Assembly: GCA_009914755.4 (NCBI GenBank)
Contig: CP086569.2
Coordinates: 5,728,001 to 5,792,000 of the forward strand
Direction: 5' to 3'
DNA from: the human T2T-CHM13v2.0 reference genome, Homo sapiens
Length of the DNA stretch: 64,000 nucleotides
The notes beneath the pieces were generated by a model. The model ran no database searches, was not told the DNA's origin, and was given only the letters and a program-made list of their open reading frames with translations. This document shows, piece after piece, positions 61,670 to 64,000 of this stretch. The first letter of the stretch is position 1. Each line of letters begins with the position of its first letter. The translations under genes were made by a program, and so were the position numbers.

Positions 61670-62990
61670 AACAAGCAATAGGGAAAAAACTCCCTGTTCA
61701 ATAAATGGTGCTGGAATAACTGGCTAGCCAAATGCTGACGAATAAAATAGGACCCCTACCTTTCAACATTTCAAACAATAACTCAAGATGGATTAAAAAT
61801 TTAAACTTGAGACCTGAAAATATAAAAATCTTAAAAGAAAACTTGTGAAATTCCATTCCAGGCATCAGCCTTGGCAAATAATTTTTGGCTAAGTTCCCAA
61901 AAAACAATCACAACAAAAACAAAATTGACAAGTGGGACCTAAGTAAACTAAATAGCTTCTGAACAGCAAAAGAAACTGCCAATAGAGTAAACAGACTACC
62001 TACAGAATGGGATAAAAAAAAATTGCAAACTATGCATCTGACAAAGGTCTAATATTCAGCATTTATATGGAAATTATACAAATTTTCAAGAAAAAACAAA
62101 CAACCCCTTTAAAAAGTCGGAAAATGGCATGAACAGATATTTTTCAAAATAAGATATACATGTGGCCAACAAGCCTATTAAAAATGCTCAGGATCACTAA
62201 TAATTGCAGAAATGCAAATCAAAAGCACACGGAGATAGCATCTCACACCATTCAGAACAGCCATTATTAAATTAACAAAATATACCAGACGATGGTGAGG
62301 TTGTGGAAAAAAAAGAGCACTTCCACACTGCTTCGGTGGGAATGTAAATTAGATCAGCTGCTGAGGAAAGCAGTTTGAAGATTTCTCAAAGAACTTCCAA
62401 CATTGCCATTCAACCCAGCATTCCCATTACTGGGTATATACACAAAAGAAAGTAAATCATTCTAACAAAAATACACACGCACTTGTGTGTCAACTGCAGC
62501 ATTATTCACAATAGCAAAGACGTGGAATTACCCTACAGGCCCATCAATACTGGACTGGATAAAGAAAATGTGGTACCTATACATCATGAGATGCCACACA
62601 GCTATATAAAAGAAGAAAATTATATCCTTGTCAGCAACATGGATAAGGTTGGAAGTCATTATTCTAAGCAAATTAACACAGGAAAAAAACCCAAATACTG
62701 TACATTCTCACTTACAAGTTGGAGCTAAACTTTGCATACACATGGACATAAAGATGGGTACAATAGACAGTGGGCACTGGGGACTACTAGAGAAGGGAGA
62801 GTTTTAGGGAGGAGAGGGCTGTAAAATTAACTATAGGGTGCAACGCTCACTACCTGGGTAACTGGGCCATTTGTATACCAAACCTCAGCAACATGCAATT
62901 TACTCATGTAACAAACCTGTACATGAACCCCCTGAACATATAATAAAAGTTGAGTAAAATAAATAAATAAAGTTCTCAAGTCAGGAACTC
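61670..62990 (+). mobile_element. 5'-truncated L1 (L1PB-like) ORF2 C-terminus plus 3'UTR
   Basis: …ctccctgttcaataaatggtgctggaataactggctagcc…, …aaaagaaactgccaatagagtaaacagactacctacagaatggg…, …gaaatgcaaatcaaaagcacacggagatagcatctcacaccattcagaacagccattattaaa…, …ccatcaatactggactggataaagaaaatgtggtacctatacatcatg…, terminal …cctcagcaacatgcaatttactcatgtaacaaacctgtacatgaaccccctgaacatataataaaagttgagtaaaataaataaataaag. Confidence 0.75.
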
Positions 62991-62999
62991 AAATTTTAG

Positions 63000-63143
63000 C
63001 CAGGTGCATGGCTCAGGTCTGCAACCCCAGAACTTTGGGAGGCTGAGGAAGGTGGATCACTTGAGCTCTGGAGTTTGAGACCACCTGGGCAAGATGGGAA
63101 AATCCCATCTTTACTAAATAACACAAAAATTAGCCATGGGAGG
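63000..63143 (+). mobile_element. Old Alu monomer / FLAM-like fragment
   Basis: gccaggtgcatggctcaggtctgcaaccccagaactttgggaggctgaggaaggtggatcacttgagctctggagtttgagaccacctgggcaagatgggaaaatcccatctttactaaataacacaaaaattagccatggg. Confidence 0.5.
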
Positions 63144-63429
63144 CAGAGTACCCCTGTATATAAAATATGTGATCATACATTACTTTTTTCTTCCTTCTTT
63201 CTGTCGTTATTGTCACAAATTACATCGTAATATATTGTTTAATATTAAGTATTGATCTATAATTATTGTTTTGTGCAATTCTTTTTTTAAAACATGGGGT
63301 AAAAATACAAGTTATAAGTAAAAAACAAATGTATACTATCTTTTTTATTTATTTATGTAGTTATCATTACTGATGCTCATATCTTCAAGTGAATTTGAGT
63401 TACTGTCTAGTATCTTTTCATTTCTGCCT

Positions 63430-64000
63430 TGATATGGTTTGGTTGTGTCCCCACCCAAATCTCATATTGAATTGTAACTCCCATAATTCCCACATGTTGT
63501 GGGAGGAACCCTGTCAGAGGTGATTGAATTATGGGGACAGATCTTTTCTGCACTGTTCTTATGATGGTGAATGGTCTCACAAGAATTGATGGTTTTAAAA
63601 ATGGGAGTTTCCCCACACAAGCTCTCTCTTTGCCTGCTGCCATCCATGTAAGACATGATTTACTTCTCCTTGCTTTCCACCATTTGTGAGGCCTCCTGAG
63701 CCACGTGGAACTGCAAGTCCATTAAACCTCTTTCTTTTGTAAATTGCCTGGTATTTGGTATGTCTTTATCAGCAGCACAAAAATGGACTAATACAGTAAA
63801 TTGATACCAGTAGAGTGGGGCATTGCTGAAAATATACCCAAAAATGTGGAAGTGACTTTGGAACTGGGTAATGGGCACAGATCGGGACGGTTTGGAGGGC
63901 TCAGAAGAAGACAGGAAAATGTGGGAAAGCTTGGAACTCCCTAGAGACTTGTTGAATAGCTTTGACCAAAATGCTAATAGTGATATGAACAATAAGGTTC
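63430..64000 (+). mobile_element. THE1-class MaLR element: LTR 63430-63795, then the start of the internal region (continues past the window end)
   Basis: tgatatggtttggttgtgtccccacccaaatctcatattgaattgtaactcccataattcccacatgttgtgggagg…ccatgtaagacatgatttacttctccttgctttccaccatttgtgaggcctcctgagccacgtggaactgcaagtccattaaacctctttcttttgtaaattgcctggtatttggtatgtctttatcagcagcacaaaaatggactaataca, then a THE1-int start (…ctttggaactgggtaatgggcacagatcgggacggtttggagggctcagaagaagacaggaaaatgtgggaaagcttggaactccctagagacttgttgaatagctttgaccaaaatgctaatagtgatatgaac…). Confidence 0.85.

Overview
This window is primate genomic DNA, almost certainly human: it contains an AluYb8-type element, a subfamily essentially specific to humans. 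It is not prokaryotic DNA. It is AT-rich, and by eye at least half of it is recognizable interspersed repeats. There are at least 15 Alu copies and two full-length retroelements on the minus strand: a THE1-class MaLR element (LTR-internal-LTR, ~8796-11185) and an old L1 of ~7.5 kb (~11200-18730) carrying nested Alus. The window also holds many 5'-truncated L1 3' ends, some nested or inverted, three further MaLR solo or partial LTRs, an ERV9/LTR12 solo LTR with a tandem CCAAT-repeat enhancer region, MIR fragments, a probable hAT (MER1-like) DNA transposon, and many microsatellites. I find no convincing protein-coding exon, rRNA, tRNA, CRISPR array or operon-like structure. Every long ORF in the supplied track falls inside a transposon-derived or low-complexity sequence. 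I therefore found no novel biological system. The most interesting items are a very young, possibly polymorphic AluYb8 with a perfect target-site duplication, the LTR12 solo LTR as a candidate cis-regulatory element, and the intact nested transposon architecture. Coordinates are read by eye and are approximate to about 10-20 bp. Repeat-family assignments come from my memory of consensus sequences and need confirmation with RepeatMasker or Dfam.
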